64,000 nt of DNA from Octopus bimaculoides (taxonomy: Eukaryota), in contig NC_068994.1 of the NCBI RefSeq assembly GCF_001194135.2, positions 22,469,641 through 22,533,640 on the forward strand, read 5' to 3'. The notes under the pieces were generated by a model, which saw nothing but the letters and a program-made list of their open reading frames with translations, searched no databases and was not told the DNA's origin. The translations under genes were made by a program, and so were the position numbers. Of the stretch, positions 26,511-38,762 are shown piece by piece. Every line of letters begins with the position of its first letter. Position 1 is the first letter of the stretch.

Positions 26511-27062
26511 TGATGACGATGATAGCGATGCCTGTGACGTTGCCAATTCTGACACTACCAACAACAACGATGACAATGACAATGATGCTGCCACCACTGA
26601 TGACAATGTCAATAATAACAACAATAATGACAACAATGACAATGACAACGATGATGAAGACAACGATGATGAAGACAACGATGATGAAGACAACGATGAT
26701 GAAGACAACGATGATGAAGACAACGATGACGAAGACAACGATGATGAAGACAACGATGACGAAGACAACGATGATGAAGACAACGATGATGAAGACAACG
26801 ATGATGAAGACAACGATGATGAAGACAACGATGATGAAGACAACGATGATGAAGACAACGATGATGAAGACAACGATGATGAAGACAACGATGATGAAGA
26901 CAACGATGATGAAGACAACGATGATGAAGACAACGATGATGAAGACAACGGTGATGAAGACAACGATGATGAAGACAACGGTGATGAAGACAACGGTGAT
27001 GAAGACAACGATGATGAAGACAACGATGACGAAGACAACGATGGCAATGACGATGATGGTGA
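26500..27062. repeat. GAT/GAC/AAC-rich tract containing ~26 copies of the 15-mer gacaacgatgatgaa
   Basis: Near-perfect 15-bp period from 26644 to ~27040, with occasional gat>gac or gat>ggt changes. Confidence 0.95.
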
Positions 27063-27349
27063 TACTCTGTCACCTAACAATCTTGATTTTCATGCAGTAT
27101 ATTTATAACAATTTTTTTTGTTTCTTTTCTTATCAATCTTTCTCATTATGATATCATTGCTTCTCAAACTATCTGATGTGGCATACTGGCAGCTTTTTTT
27201 TTCCAGTATGCCAGGGCCCAGTAATATTTCTTAGTAATATTAATTCATACCGGAAGCAATATATATATAATGAATATAATAAAAGTTGGCAATTTTTTTT
27301 ATCTTATATTTATTTTGTAAACGAATAATACAACATTACATAAGCATTT

Positions 27350-27438
27350 TATAATGTTTCTGGAAACTTGCCACATACCGGTAGCTGATGGCTTGCAGAC
27401 CGGCACCGATCTGTGGACCGCCACTTTGAGTAGCACTG
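27350..27438 (-). mobile_element. hAT/Charlie-type element end
   Basis: Minus strand begins cagtgctactcaaagtggcggtccacagatcggtgccggtc. Confidence 0.6.
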
Positions 27439-27444
27439 ATCTAT

Positions 27445-27829
27445 GTTGTTGGCACTCCGTCGCTTACGACGTCGAGGGTTCCAGTTGATCCGATCAACGG
27501 AACAGCCTGCTCGTGAAATTAACGTGCAAGTGGCTGAGCACTTCACAAACACGTGTACCCTTAACGTCGTTCTCGGGGATATTCAGCGTGACACAGCGTG
27601 ACAAGGCTGAGCCTTTGAATTACAGGCACAACAGAAACAGGAAGTAAGAGTGAGAGAAAGTTGTGGTGAAAGAGTACAGCAGGGTTCGCCACCATCCCCT
27701 GCCGGAGCCTCGTGGAGCTTTTAGGTGTTTTCACTCAATAAACACTCACAACGCCCGGTCTGGGAATCGAAACCGCGATCCTATGACCGCGAATCCGCTG
27801 CCCTAACCACTAGGCCATTGCGCCTCCAC
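27445..27829 (-). mobile_element. Full-length tRNA-derived SINE family C, young copy
   Basis: Head gtggaggcgcaatggcctagtgg (box A) ... ggtttcgattccc (box B); near-identical to 57269-57655; TSD actgat(c/a)tat. Confidence 0.92.
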
Positions 27830-27975
27830 ACTGATATATATGACCTTACTATTTCTTCAACATCTCTTTGCATCCCTAGTTTTCTTTCCCACTGAATCTG
27901 AATTTTATAATTCTACATGTTGAGGATATTTTGCCAGTGCTCGTCTACAAACCTTCTTATTTATGTATAGTTTAA

Positions 27976-28191
27976 CCCTTTAGCATTCAGATTATTCTGT
28001 CAGATGTAATGCTTATTATTCACATTGTTTTGAATTAATCATGCATTGTCTTATAGCTTCAGATTTTTATGAGGTAACTTAAAGTTTAGAATGATATTGT
28101 AGGGCATGTGTGAGGGGCCAGATCTGGCCAGTTTTAACATAAAATAGGTAGAATATTTTGGCCAGATATGGCCGGTTTAAATGTTAAAGGG
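27976..28191. mobile_element. piggyBac-type MITE
   Basis: TTAA|ccctttagcatt ... aatgttaaaggg ends; the right TTAA is decayed. Confidence 0.7.
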
Positions 28192-28554
28192 TCGACCATA
28201 TGGCGGTTGTCTGAGTTTGGTCATACTGCAATGTATCATGTGTAAGTGTCTTTTATCGTAGCCTTAGATAAACCCAAGCCTTGTGAATGAAATTGAGAAG
28301 AAAAAAACAGCATTGAAGCCTGAAAGGGGGACTCTATCAGTAATTTAAAGATCAAACCTTATCACACACTCTATCATGCTGATTCTTCCTGAAAATTAAG
28401 TTTAAGCTGGATCAGTCACTTACACTTAAATTCAGTCAACTGGAAGTGTACTTGATAATGTTCAGTATACACTGTTCCAGTACTTTTATCATATGATGGA
28501 ATTTGTTTATAAACCTACACACTACACACACACACACACACACACACAGGCATA

Positions 28555-28970
28555 TGTATGGGTAGAGGAATCACTGTATTGTTAAGAAGCTTGGCTTCAC
28601 AAACGTGGTTTCAGATTCAATTCCTATATGTGGCACTTTGTATGTACATTTTACCTACATACATATGCTGTCTAGTTAATTCAGATATTATTTATATTTT
28701 ATATATATATATAACTGAAAGAAGCCCATCGTAAATATGTATATATATATATATGTGTGTATGTTTGTGTGTCTGTGTTTGTCCCCCCAACATCGCTTGA
28801 CAACCAATGCTGGTGTGTTTACATCCCCCGTAACTTAGCGGTTCGGCAAAAGAGACCGATAGAATAAGTACTAGGCTTACAAAGAATAAGTCCTGGGGTC
28901 AATTTGCTCAACTAAAGGCAGTGCTCCAGCATAGCCACAGTCAAAAGACTGAAACAAGTAAAAAAAAAAA
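28555..28970 (+). mobile_element. SINE family A
   Basis: gtttgtccccccaacatcgcttgacaacc...gttcggcaaaagagaccgatagaataagtactagg...gtgctccagcat...gactgaaacaagtaaaa. Confidence 0.88.
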
Positions 28971-29016
28971 AGAGTACATATATATATACATATTTTCCTT
29001 TCTTTTTTTTTTCCAG

Positions 29017-29034
29017 TTCTAAGACAACAAGCAG
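29017..29034 (+). CDS. Gene A exon 2: 18-nt phase 1-1 microexon, (V)LRQQA
   Basis: Long polypyrimidine tract tttctttttttttttccag| and donor CAG|GTGAGT; open in the phase set by exon 1. Confidence 0.8.
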
Positions 29035-30118
29035 GTGAGTAGTTATGTAATATTATTACTCAATATATTTGATATTAAATCATCATGTAAACAAATATAG
29101 GAACTATTTTAACTATGTTCTGCTATGAAATTTCTCTTCATCATTTACTTTTCAAATACTTTTAGCATCTTAATAGCACAAAAGGAAAGTTAGTTTTCAA
29201 GTGATTTCCAATTCCAACTCAATAATGTCTTTAAAATATAGTGTGAAAGAAGCAGATGACTGAATTAATACCAATGCTTATCCTAATGATTCTGAAGAAT
29301 GAAAGACAAAATGGGCTCTGGTGACATCTTATTTCAAAAGGACAAAATTAAGTACAATAAAACAGTTAGTGAGATATTCAACCACATTGCTACAGTATGA
29401 GGCTGATATTATTGGTTTTATTTGATTAAGTTCAAAGATTTTATACTTCACAGGAAAGGTGAAATGGAAGGTGATGATATTAATACCTTTTCTTAATTCA
29501 CTAATGGAATCAAACTAGCTTCCATATTCAGCTGACTGAGTTCTTAACTCAACTCTCCTGCAGAAACCAGAATAACAGAAATATAAATTTTCCATTAAAA
29601 TACAGAAAAGGGCAGAGATCATGTTCTAGTGGCTAAAATTAACATCAACCAGTAACCATTATCCATTATGCTTGTAGTAAAAGAACAGAACAGTAGTGAT
29701 ATCTCATAAGTTGAAGTGATATTCTCTGTCCACATACTAAGTGAAACCTATCTCACTAACTGATCACATTACTGAAAGGTACTCGAGAATTATATTTTAC
29801 TAATATGTTGTTTGGTAATAATGAAAATTTCTTACTTAGCACCGATAATATAATGCACACTAAAGCACTGCATCCATGAGTAGCTATTTAGAACATTGAT
29901 AAACCTTAATGCCTTTACTTTGCCCAGAAATATAAGAAACTAGATTTAGTTCTGAAGTTATATTTCTGACTGCATAAAATGGAGTGTTAGTGGTGGAAGT
30001 TAATGGAATGATAGTAATAATGACCATGGTGGTAGTATTAGTGATAGTAATAGTAACAACTAACAATTATTGTCATTAACTAATAAGCGTAAGTTATAAA
30101 TTTTGTTCAATTTTGCAG

Positions 30119-30184
30119 TACAGTTACAACAATCTGAAATGGATTTTAACTTTACTGCTTCTAATCCCCTCAGACTGAAAAGAG
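30119..30184 (+). CDS. Gene A exon 3: 66-nt phase 1-1 exon, (V)QLQQSEMDFNFTASNPLRLKR
   Basis: ttcaattttgcag| acceptor and GAG|GTAAGC donor. Only the phase-1 frame is stop-free. Ends in R-L-K-R. Confidence 0.8.
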
Positions 30185-31130
30185 GTAAGCACTTGTTAAA
30201 CACTATTCCATTTTCCATCTAATTTCTGACATATAATTCTTCATCAACAAACATTTTCTGCATTTACATAGAAATCCATCTTTCAGTGTCATAGCATATT
30301 TATCTCTTTTTTGTCTAAGAAATATATATACAGGATGCAAGAGGTATTTGAGGACATATTTGGTAATTTAATAAAATAACAAAATCTTGCAGAAACTAAG
30401 TGTTTTAATTCAAATATGCTCAATAAGCTTTCTTATAAGATTATTCTATAAATCTTCAATGTGGGACTGGAATCATTGACATGCCTCCACTAAATGGTTC
30501 TCATTTCTTTCAGCTATCACCTGAACAATGAAGGCTTTCAGTGAAGCCATGGTATAGTGAGGATGTGTTATGTCCTGCATTATGACAACATATTTCGTCG
30601 TCTCTGCAGGACTGGCTGGAAAAATGTACCTCACTGATTGACATTACTGACTGTGTCAATCCACTATTTATTAGTAGTGGACCTGGACGCGTCCGCCACA
30701 ATACCTTTCCCCTTTGAGATTTTAAAAATTTCTTCTTTCAACACATTATTTTTTTTTTCCATTTCTTTTTTTTCTAACCAGAATTATTTTCCTTCTTATT
30801 TCGATTTTTTTTTTGTTCCACACAGAATTATATATACTTATAAGAATTGGATGAGATATGACGGCTCAGCCATCTCTCCCCAGTTCTTATATTAATCATT
30901 AAAATCCAGAAATACAACAACACGAGGGATAACGGTAACAACAGATCAATAATTTATTCTAGGTTGGTGTAGAGCCGTTTCATTCCTGGGTGAACAGGCA
31001 TGCCGCTGGGATACCAAAGAAGCTTCGACCACATGTCGGGGTCGAGTTGTGAGAGCCTGGAAGAACGTCCTGTTGCGACAGCTGCTGGATGGATAAGAGA
31101 TTGAATGCTATTGCTCTCTCTCCACCTGTT

Positions 31131-31235
31131 GTATTGCGCATGCGTGCTCAGGTACTTCCGCTGATGGCAAGTCCCTTGCACATGCGCAATGGCTGTTTCC
31201 CAAGATGGCGGCCAATGGCAGCCACACGCGCCACT
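31131..31235. promoter_or_regulatory. CpG-retaining cluster of promoter-type motifs (NRF1 x2, ETS, YY1, CCAAT)
   Basis: tgcgcatgcg 31135, acttccg 31154, tgcacatgcgca 31177, caagatggcggc 31201, ccaat 31212. Confidence 0.55.
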
Positions 31236-31964
31236 ACATACTTTTTTCCCTCTTTCAGCAGAAGGTTTTTTTAACTTTGTTAAGTAATCACTGACATGGT
31301 CAAAAACTTTTCCTGTGTCTTTACAGACATGAATTAGCATCCTCTCCTCAATATATACAACTTGCATCAAATGTCTTTATACACTATAGTCCACTCCTAT
31401 ATTTGAAGTTCTTTGGTGATGGCCTTCATTGATTTTTCAGGATCATCAACAATAATGTTTTTAATGCATTGGATGAAATTATGGTATCCTTATAGTGTCT
31501 GAATGTTTAGAATATGTTTTCCTCATTGATACAGTTGAAGCAATCCTGCCAGAGGCTTCCAGTTCCATTCAAACTTTAGGTACAAAAGTCTTGCAACATT
31601 TGAAAACTGGGAAATTTCTAAATCACTGTGTTTTGCACACATGGCAACAACGACTGAATGTGTCCTCAAATACCCCTCACACTATGTTGGTATGTGTATG
31701 TATGTATGTATGTATGTATGCATGTATGTATGTATGTATGTATGTATGTATGTATGTATGTATGTATGTATGTATGTATGTATGCATGTGTATACATACA
31801 CACACACACACACACATATAATGTGTTGTATTAATTTTGAATGAATTTTGAATATATTGTTTACATTATAGAATACAAATATAGAAGATTCATGAAAAAT
31901 GCAAAGGTTTATCTTGAAGTGAATAGTTATAAATAATAGCTTGTAATATATTGGGTAAAAAAAA

Positions 31965-32175
31965 AAAAGTCAGCAAGCTGGCAGAACTGTTAGCATGCTG
32001 GGCAAAATGCTTAGCAGTGTTTCATCTTTACATTCTGAGTTCAAATTCCCCCAAGACTGACTTTGTCTTACATCTTTTCAGAATCAATAAAATAAGTACC
32101 AGTTGAACAATGGGGCCAATATAATCAATTTATGCCCCACCCAAACTTGCTGGCCTTGTGCCAAAATTTGAAATC
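31965..32175 (+). mobile_element. SINE family B
   Basis: gctggcagaactgttagc...ctgagttcaaattc...aataagtaccagttga. Confidence 0.8.
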
Positions 32176-32656
32176 AATATATTAGGTAAAAAGTTCTTTG
32201 GAATGAAAAAAGTTTGAAAGCTACTTGGTAACGTGAATCTTCGGACATATTCAAATAATTTTTAACTGAGTATATTAGAAACAATTAGTTATTGCACTCA
32301 CTTTGAGATAAACTATTAAAATGATTTATTTTGAATATATTATTTTCAGTTCATTATTATACAAAATAAGAATCAGTAATAGATTGAATTTTATTCTATT
32401 ACTTTATCCACAAAGCATATTGTCATACAAAAATGGACTTTCAATTGATAATAGACTCGAGGATATTTTTATGCACTAAGAGCTGAGATCAATTAATTCA
32501 GTGTATGAAAAAATATTTATGCTTGCTGTAGAATGAAACAGTAGCAGTTTTACTACTTATAATAGTGGAATGCATCATGAATGATATTTATTTGCAGCTA
32601 GATATACTAAACCTTCAATAGTTAACTGTCTTTGCAATATTATAATGAATAAATTA

Positions 32657-32870
32657 AGGCAGTGAGTTGGCAGAATTGTTAGCACACTGGACGAAATGCT
32701 TAGCAGTATTTCGTCCGCCTTTAAGTTCTGAGTTCAAATTCTGCTGAAGTCGACTTTGCCTTTCATCCTTTTGGGGTCGATAAATTAAGTATCAGTGAAA
32801 CACTGGGGTTGATGTAATCAACTAGTCCCTTTCCCCAAAATTTTCAGGTCCTTGTGCCTTGAGTAGAAAT
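32657..32870 (+). mobile_element. SINE family B
   Basis: ggcagtgagttggcagaattgttagcac...gagttcaaattctgctgaagtcgactttgcctttcatcc. Confidence 0.85.
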
Positions 32871-33214
32871 AATTATAATGAATAAATTTATTCAACCCCT
32901 ACTTGATTACTTTTGTCAGTATCTAGCCTGCCTGAGTGTCAATGATTGAAGATGTTTACTCTTCAAAACCTTTTAAAACAAGACATTAATCTATGTTGTT
33001 AAAAATGTATTGTAATTCTTCATTTTTTTGCAAAATATTTCAGCTCAGCTACATTATGTAAGATAAATCAAATATTTGCATAATCTTGCAAAAAATTTAC
33101 AAATATTGTATTTGAGTACAATGTATTTGTTGTATTTGTTACACTAATATCAAAAACATTTTGTACACAACCTACAAATGGTATTTTATTGGTATTTTAT
33201 TTTGATATTTATAG

Positions 33215-33238
33215 CTAGTGAGAAGAAATTCAAGTTTG
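33215..33238 (+). CDS. Gene A exon 4: 24-nt phase 1-1 microexon, (A)SEKKFKF
   Basis: ttttattttgatatttatag| acceptor and TTG|GTGAGT donor; open in phase 1. Confidence 0.75.
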
Positions 33239-36192
33239 GTGAGTAGAAAGAAAAAAATTTTTTAATAATTTTAATTTTGTAACTTGATTGCTTCTATTTA
33301 CTTTGATTGTGGATGAAATCTCATTTCATTACTCTAATGAGCTATTCAATTGCACTCTTGACAAATAATCCATTTATTTAAAGATTTATCAAGTAAGATT
33401 TTAGTGGAAAATAATCACAATTTAATTGTTGAATATGAATTAGAAAGCTTACCATATATCCCAATTTAAGGGGCCTGTTCCAGCAAATTTGTTTGACCCC
33501 TAAGTATTTCAGAATGTCCTACTTATAGATAAAATTCTTAGGAGGAAAAATTTATATATATATATTCAATATCTTTTCTTCTTAGAGTTTACTTTTAGGA
33601 ATTCAGTGTTTTCTCTTTCCCTTGAACTTGTGGTTTTGACTTCTTGTAACAGTGCTGGAACCTAAAAAGTCTTATAGATTCAATCCATTGGTATTTCTAC
33701 TCTTGTTGGTTCCTTTTCTATGACTCTTTCCTTAAGCTAATTTCTGTCTCCTTTCCATTCCATTTCTGTTTCTTACACCATACATCATTGTTTCTATGTA
33801 TGTTACAATTTCTCTTTCTTCCCAGAATTGCTTCCCCTTTTTGTGCATTCTTACATATATTTTATCACTAATTCTAAAGAATTTTGGCATGTCTTTACTA
33901 GCATGTATTTTTTTCTTTACTAGTAACAGTTTATCGAATACTGACTTCACCTTTCTAGCAAACATTAATTCTACTGGTGAACTTCCTTCTAGTGCATTTG
34001 GGTTCGGAGTTAGCCTGTATACCCTTAACAACTGTTGGATCTCAACCTCATCCATGGCTTCTTTATTAGCTTTCTTTAAAGCTTTCTTAAAAGTGTCCAT
34101 GAACCGTTTGGCCCTTCCAGTCGGTGTAGAGTGATACGGAGATGTAGGCTTATGCTCTAATGTGAACTCTCGCAAAATCTTTTAAACTCACTGGATACAA
34201 ACTGTGTTCTCTTATCAGAGACAATTATATCAGGTACACCAAATCTTGCAAACTGCTCATGTAAGCTGTTTATTACCTTATATGAGATTGGTCATTAACA
34301 CCTCACAACTTCAGGACATTTTGTTTAGTTGTCTACTACTATTAAGTAATAATATCCATTTACTGGGCTTGCAAAATCGATATGCAATCAGGACCATGGT
34401 ATTTTCACTTCTGGCCAACGTTCACATTTTGTAGTAGGTAGTTTCACTGCTGGCACACATCCTCTGCAGCCTTTTACAAGGTTTTCAACTTCCCTGTCCA
34501 TGCTTGGCCAGTATACGAAACTTCGCATGGAACTCTTTTAGCATTCTCTTCTGTAATATCTGTGGTATGACCACCCTCTGAGTATACATTAGTACACCAT
34601 CACATATAGAGTACATGCTCACATCTTGGTGGTTCTTTGCATCAGACCTTTCTTTATTTCTTTTGTCAACCACAGGTTTCTTTTTGTTTCGTTAATAAAT
34701 TAGTCATTACTAGCATTTCTTTTTATTTCTTCCAAAGTTACTGGTAGTTCACGCATGATGTTTTACATTACGTTTTTGTTTCAGCTTCCGTTCTTAGCTC
34801 TGCTATTACGATGTTCTCCAGTGGTTCATTATTTCTTAGAATTAACCTAGACAGACCATCTTCATGCCCCAACGTTTTTGAAGGCAGATATTCCATTCTA
34901 TGATTGTGGTTTAATAGAATGGTACTCCACCACTGCAGTCTGTTTGCCATATGTGTGGGGATTCCTTTCTTGGATCTGTATATTGTTATTAGAGCTCTAT
35001 GGCGCGTTTGCAATCAAAAATGTCTGTGGAACTTTTTCATACCAAATATAATAGCCAACACCTCTTTTTTAATCAGCTCTCTTCCACCAGAAATAATGTC
35101 CTTGATGTGTGAGCTATGGCCTCTCTCCTGCCATCGTTATCCTTGTGTAGGAGCATGGCTCCTATTCCATACTTGCTAGTATCTGTAGCTAGTATTATCT
35201 CTAACTTTGGATTGAAATGTGTAAGATACAAGTCTGAAGTTAACACATCTTTCAACTCATTAAATGCTTTCTGGTATTTCTCAGTCCAAACCCATTTGGC
35301 ATCTTTTTTAGTAATTCATTAAGTGGTGCTTTACCTTGTGCATATTTGGGATATACACTTAGTAATAATTTACCAAGCCTAGGAATGCTTGTAGCATTGT
35401 CAGGTTCGTTGGGGGCAGCTTATTTTGTATTGCCATCACCCTTGATGGGTCCACTTTTGTCAATTACTTGACCTAGGTATTTTCTTTTTTCCATAAAACA
35501 TTCACATTTTTCTTCTGTAAGTTTTAGCCCATATTCACTTATTCTCTTGAATACTTTCTTTGTGATCAACGTGTTGCACCCTTACTCACTCTTTATCAAA
35601 ATGTCATCGAGATATGCAATGGTGAAGCCACAATCACTTAACATCCATTGTTTGTTGGAATATGGTGGGTGCCACTTTTACTCCAAACAGTAGTCATTTG
35701 AACTGGTACAATCCATGGTGCATGTTGATTGTTAGTAGATGCGTGCAATCTTCCTCTAACTGAATTTGAAGGTACACCTCTGAGAGGTCAAACTTCGAGA
35801 AAATTTTCCCTCCATTTAGTTTAGCAAATATGTCTTCTGGGCTTGGTAGTGGGTAATTGTGTGTGAGTAAACAGTTGTTTAATCCAGCTGAGAAGTCTGC
35901 GCACACTCTTAGCTTATTATTTTTTTTTACATAGACCGCCAGTGCTGCCCTGTCTGTATGGTCAATCTTTTCAATTATATTTAGGCTTTCCAACCTTTCT
36001 AGTTCTTTATTCACCTGCTCTACTGCTGCAAATGGCACATTTCATTTGGGCCTTAAAATCAGTGTTGAATTTTCTTTGATAGCAATCCTTGCTTTTGTTT
36101 TTGTGCAACAGCATAAACCTTCCAAAAAACTATTGAGAAAGTTTGTTTCATTTTTTGTCTCAGTTCATTGACCTCATTCAATCATTTGACTG

Positions 36193-37142
36193 AGATCTTT
36201 GTTGTTTTCGTCACTGTTTACAATTTTGTTCCAATTGTTTTCAAATTTGGTATATCGATTAAGTTTTCTATACAAAGTATGAAAAGGAAATTCCTTTTTC
36301 TTATAAATCCATAATTAAAAAGTTATTAGCCTTTAAAATGTGCAAAATTTGGGTATTTTAGCCAATTAGAAGTGAGTATTTTAGACATCACCATGGTGAA
36401 GAAGTCTGTTTCTATAGTAACCACTGAAAAGAAGCACCACGTGTTCCATAGCTGATTGGGAAGAACTCTGTTTCCATAGTAACCAAAGATGTTGTACATG
36501 CGCACAAGGAGTGTAACCACCACTTGTTCTATAATTGCTTGTTTTTATAACAGATGGGACTCACACTAAACAAACTGAAAGTACTTTGGTATGGTTGACT
36601 CTTATATTTGTGAATTTATGTAGAGAAGGAAATACAAGAAACAATTTATTTTATAAATTCTTAGAGTATTTTGCAAACTTTCGTTCTTGAATTTTTTTAA
36701 CTAATAAATGTCTGTTTTAAACAATAATTTGACTTATTTCTAGCAACTCCTGTTGGCTTGTTCGTAACTTTTAAGTATTCAATTTGCTTGCGGATGTTTT
36801 AATATTAACTTTGCTCGTGTATATTTTAATGTTTTGACTGTTATTTCCAGCGACTCCTGTTGGTTTGCTTGTTAGTAGCTTTTAAATATTTAATTTGCTT
36901 GCATAGCTAGTTTAATGTTTTGAAATGCTGATGCCCTCCCCCATTTCATGATGGAAGAGGCAGCGAATGTGCTGTTTTCTGATTGGCTGAAAATTCTGAA
37001 AATGCCTGTAACATTTTTGCAAAACTTTTCTGGAATAAACGAATAACAAATTCGGATTCAGCGTCAAAAATTACACCTATATGATACATTAAAAAAATTT
37101 TTTAATGATAATTGTAAACAGTGACAGAAACCACGAAGATTC
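36193..37142. mobile_element. Non-autonomous DNA transposon (~950 bp) inserted between Gypsy protease and RT
   Basis: Imperfect ~33-bp TIRs with a perfect 16-bp core (36210-36225 / 37110-37125); direct repeat TTTGACTG at 36185 and 37143. Removing it rejoins CNNVNRAVK to LNEVNELRQKMKQTF. Confidence 0.75.
36408..36483. promoter_or_regulatory. Two RFX X-box consensus matches with E-box and CCAAT between them
   Basis: GTTTCTATAGTAAC 36408-36421, GTTTCCATAGTAAC 36470-36483, CACGTG 36438, ATTGG 36455. Confidence 0.45.
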
Positions 37143-37515
37143 TTTGACTGCTCTGTTTACGTTATTGCACAAAATGCCTATGGGTGTATCCCATAAATTA
37201 AATTTTTCCATAGATTCGGTACCAAATAAATAATTCATGGATTTTTTTTCAATACATAAACATTCACTTTTTTGGTTTGACCTTTGAACATTACAAATGC
37301 ATTCGCCCGTGAAATATAATTTTCTTCCTTTAACATTATACACTATTTTGTTTGGACTACATAATTTTGACTTACCCATTTATTCCTATGTTTTCTCATT
37401 TATGATTGTGATGTCCTTTCCCATGTCTAATTGCATTCTGACACTAGTGGTTTCAATTCTCACATTCATGAATTTTCTGTTTGTTGTAGTCACAACTTTT
37501 CCTGTTGAAAAACTA

Positions 37516-38762
37516 CCATAAAAACCCATATAATTTGTACCCCTGTGTAATTTATGAAGGTGATTTTCAGGATAAAATTTGTTAAAAAAAGCTTCTACTC
37601 ATGTAAAATTCACACCCAAAAGTTTTCAGAATTGCCGATATAGCCAGAGAGAAAGGTTTTCAATTTAGCTGTATTTAGCATAATTTCACTTACATTTGAT
37701 TAGATTTTATTAAATTTTCATTAAATAAAAATAATTTCTGTTTAACAGGTATCACATTGAAAGCTATTAAGTTACAAAATGTTTGTGTTGTTTATAATAA
37801 ACTTTATTTTACATTTCTTGCCCACAAGAGATTATGTCTGGTCTTTAACATACTGCTGTATCTTCTCAAATCATGATCACAGGAAAAGTTGTTGATAAGA
37901 ATTGCCAACAAAAATAAAGCTGATAAATATGCACAGGTGTTGCAAATTAAGTTTAATTTCCAATAAACATCAGCTTGGATGACACTTTACTCAGCCAACA
38001 GAGGAAGGTGACCAATCAAACTGATTAGATAAACAGAATTCTTTTCTGCCTATTCTTATTGGAACCTTTGATATGGAGTATTGAAATTTTAATCCCTTTC
38101 ACACTTATAAAATGTTAAGCAAACTTAAAAATTTGTCATGACCATTATTGTCAGCATGGGCAAAACTTATGAACCGTTTACTGCGAAGGAGAAATTAAAT
38201 ATGTTGAATATGCATTTGAATGTGGCAATAGAGTTGCCAGATTGGCACAAACAGTACAACAAACTTAAAACTGTGCCTAGTAATAACCAGACAAAAATAA
38301 AAACATACAATCAAGATTATCCATATCATTACATTTTTTTTTCAGTCAGGAATATCCATACCACTATGTATGCCAATGGTGCTCCATTGTGATAGGTAGA
38401 AACTCCAAGTGATGTAAAATATGGCCCAGACCGTGTTTACTAACATGAATGTCAGACTTCATAAGGTAGTTAACCATTTAATGGTTTTACTAAATTTATA
38501 CAGAAAAAGTAAGCATTATACCGTCCAGCATAAATAAAAATCAACTTCATTATATTTAAGCCATTATTTTTTCTGCAAAAACCTATTCTGACATTAAATG
38601 AGTCAACTTCCAGTACGAATGTTTATGTTTTGTACATCTTTTTTCAACAAAAATTTTTTTTTTCAAATTCTGGAAACAATCTACTCATGTAATTTACAAA
38701 CCTTCTAAAGTTTACTTTTATTTTTGCGATAAAAAGTGCATAAATTACATGGGTTTTTATGG
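37516..38762 (+). mobile_element. pogo/Tc2-like (TcMar) DNA transposon remnant inserted between Gypsy gag and protease
   Basis: TA|ccataaaaacccatataattt ... aaattacatgggtttttatgg|TA. Removing it restores in-frame KQEKINSFSTGKVV...QLDMG. Internal YEPFTAKEKL resembles a pogo N-terminal DNA-binding start. Confidence 0.85.

Noticed and set aside
26466-27151. Poly-Ser, (KTTMM)n and (HHRCL)n ORFs
   Set aside because: All derive from the 15-bp minisatellite grown from an RTE tail; no compatible splice sites
27755-27829. tRNA-like sequence (also 57580-57655)
   Set aside because: It is the head of a SINE with body, tail and TSD, not a stand-alone tRNA gene
30963-31096. KR-GWCR resembling the RGWCR motif of big defensins
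   Set aside because: Only 3 Cys, and the spacing does not match the six-Cys beta-defensin core
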